A stretch of 62,442 nucleotides of DNA, filler included, from Choristocarpus tenellus KU-1152 (taxonomy: Eukaryota; Protista; Phaeophyceae): the NCBI GenBank assembly GCA_964200185.2. It is 6 parts of 6 records of this genome, joined end to end, with 100 filler letters (N's around TTAATTAATTAA, not from the genome) between each part and the next. Parts side by side here need not be neighbours in the genome. Positions count along the whole stretch, not along the records: positions 53,236 to 62,442 come from CAXNAD020003880.1; 5 more parts are not named here. One strand, written 5' to 3'. Shown here piece after piece: positions 61,301 to 62,442 of the stretch (its first letter is position 1; every line of letters begins with the position of its first letter). The position numbers were made by a program, and so were the translations under genes. The notes under the pieces are model-generated. The model was not told the origin of the DNA and ran no database searches. It was given only the letters and a program-made list of their open reading frames with translations.

Positions 61301-62442
61301 TTATTATTATGCACACATGCATGCACACTTTTACGACAGTAATGCACGTCTCCAGATAACATTACAACAACAACAATGAGCCCTAAGGATAACCTTTCTT
61401 CCACGAACATCCTTAGTCCACTTAACCAAGAGTCACCTTCATCCACCCCCAAATCAACCCCCTATCCCCGTATAATTGCGCATAGTGCTTTATTGTATGC
61501 CAAAAAAAGTACAAATGATCGGTCCATGTCTATGACTTAACATCAACCTTAAGTCCATCCCGTACATTATTGATGTAAGACAGTAAACTACAGTCGATCA
61601 TCAGCCAGCAGGAAGGGTGAGGTGACAATCACAACCTTTGACCTCTAACCCCCCTGTCAAATGCCCCATAAAAATAGCTAGCTAAAATAAGTCCAATCAA
61701 AAACCGCCACAGCAACCACAGGGGGTGCAATTTCTTGACACACCCACAGAACACACATTCAACACCAAAGTACACACAAATGTAGAATCAACACATACAC
61801 ACAAGCAACACAAACACACACATATCATCATCACCCAAAACCAATCAAGTAGCCAGTCAGAGCAGAACCTCTGCCTGCACCACTCGTGTCCTTGTCTATC
61901 GATCAAGCAAATACTACCAGTACTCCAAAGAATGAGTAACTTTTCAAATGATAGCTTGGTAGCATGTGGACCCGCTCTTCAGCCAACAACATGCACTTCA
62001 AATACTACATTCAATTTTGAACTGAATTGTTCACAACACATTACGTAAGGAGGGAGCAGCGCCAGAAAAAAAAAATGAACTGGATTGCGCCTGCCATGCA
62101 CTATCCCAGGGTGCTCAAATCCGTTTACGTATGACTGACCATGTTCACACAATTCTCATAATAGCTAAGGCCCATCAGCAGGTACCCCATGCAAAAAAAA
62201 TTAAGTTGTCAATTTTGGTATCTCACAACCAATCACAACATCTCTGAATCTGCACTGGCATAACCAGATGCTCCCTTACACCTTCCACCCCTCTCCATAC
62301 CTCATAATCCTCCCAAGAACAAAAATGGTGAAAGGTGTCTACACTGCTGCTGCAACGAAAAACGTTTGCCATATATCTACCCCCCCCCCCCCCCCCCCCC
62401 TCCCTTTCCCAAAAACCCCCAACATTCCTTAACTCCTCTCCC

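Overview
Intron-rich eukaryotic scaffold, probably a stramenopile such as a brown alga (inferred from gene structure and TTAGGG-type repeats). It is made of contigs joined by N-spacers carrying an artificial TTAATTAATTAA tag, so adjacency across gaps is unreliable. Recognisable genes are: a complete ~36-exon RRP5 (31064-49567,+); the 5' half of UTP21/WDR36 (-), head-to-head with C1D/RRP47 (+); the 3' end of NEMF/RQC2 (-); a large EF-hand + FN3/PhoD-like gene (-) divergent from RRP5; a frameshifted chalcone-isomerase-fold gene (-); and an isolated TPR exon. The main non-obvious signal is that RRP5 introns host a set of snoRNA genes. These are U24, two snR38/SNORD1 paralogues with a second 18S guide, a box C/D RNA predicted to methylate the peptidyl-transferase-centre A equivalent to yeast 25S A2817, a C/D candidate antisense to 18S, and H/ACA candidates. 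Non-coding DNA contains two related MITE-like families with shared termini and a small element bounded by inverted telomeric repeats. Exon coordinates were read by eye and are approximate; rRNA target sequences and numbering are recalled from conserved eukaryotic rRNA, not from this organism.
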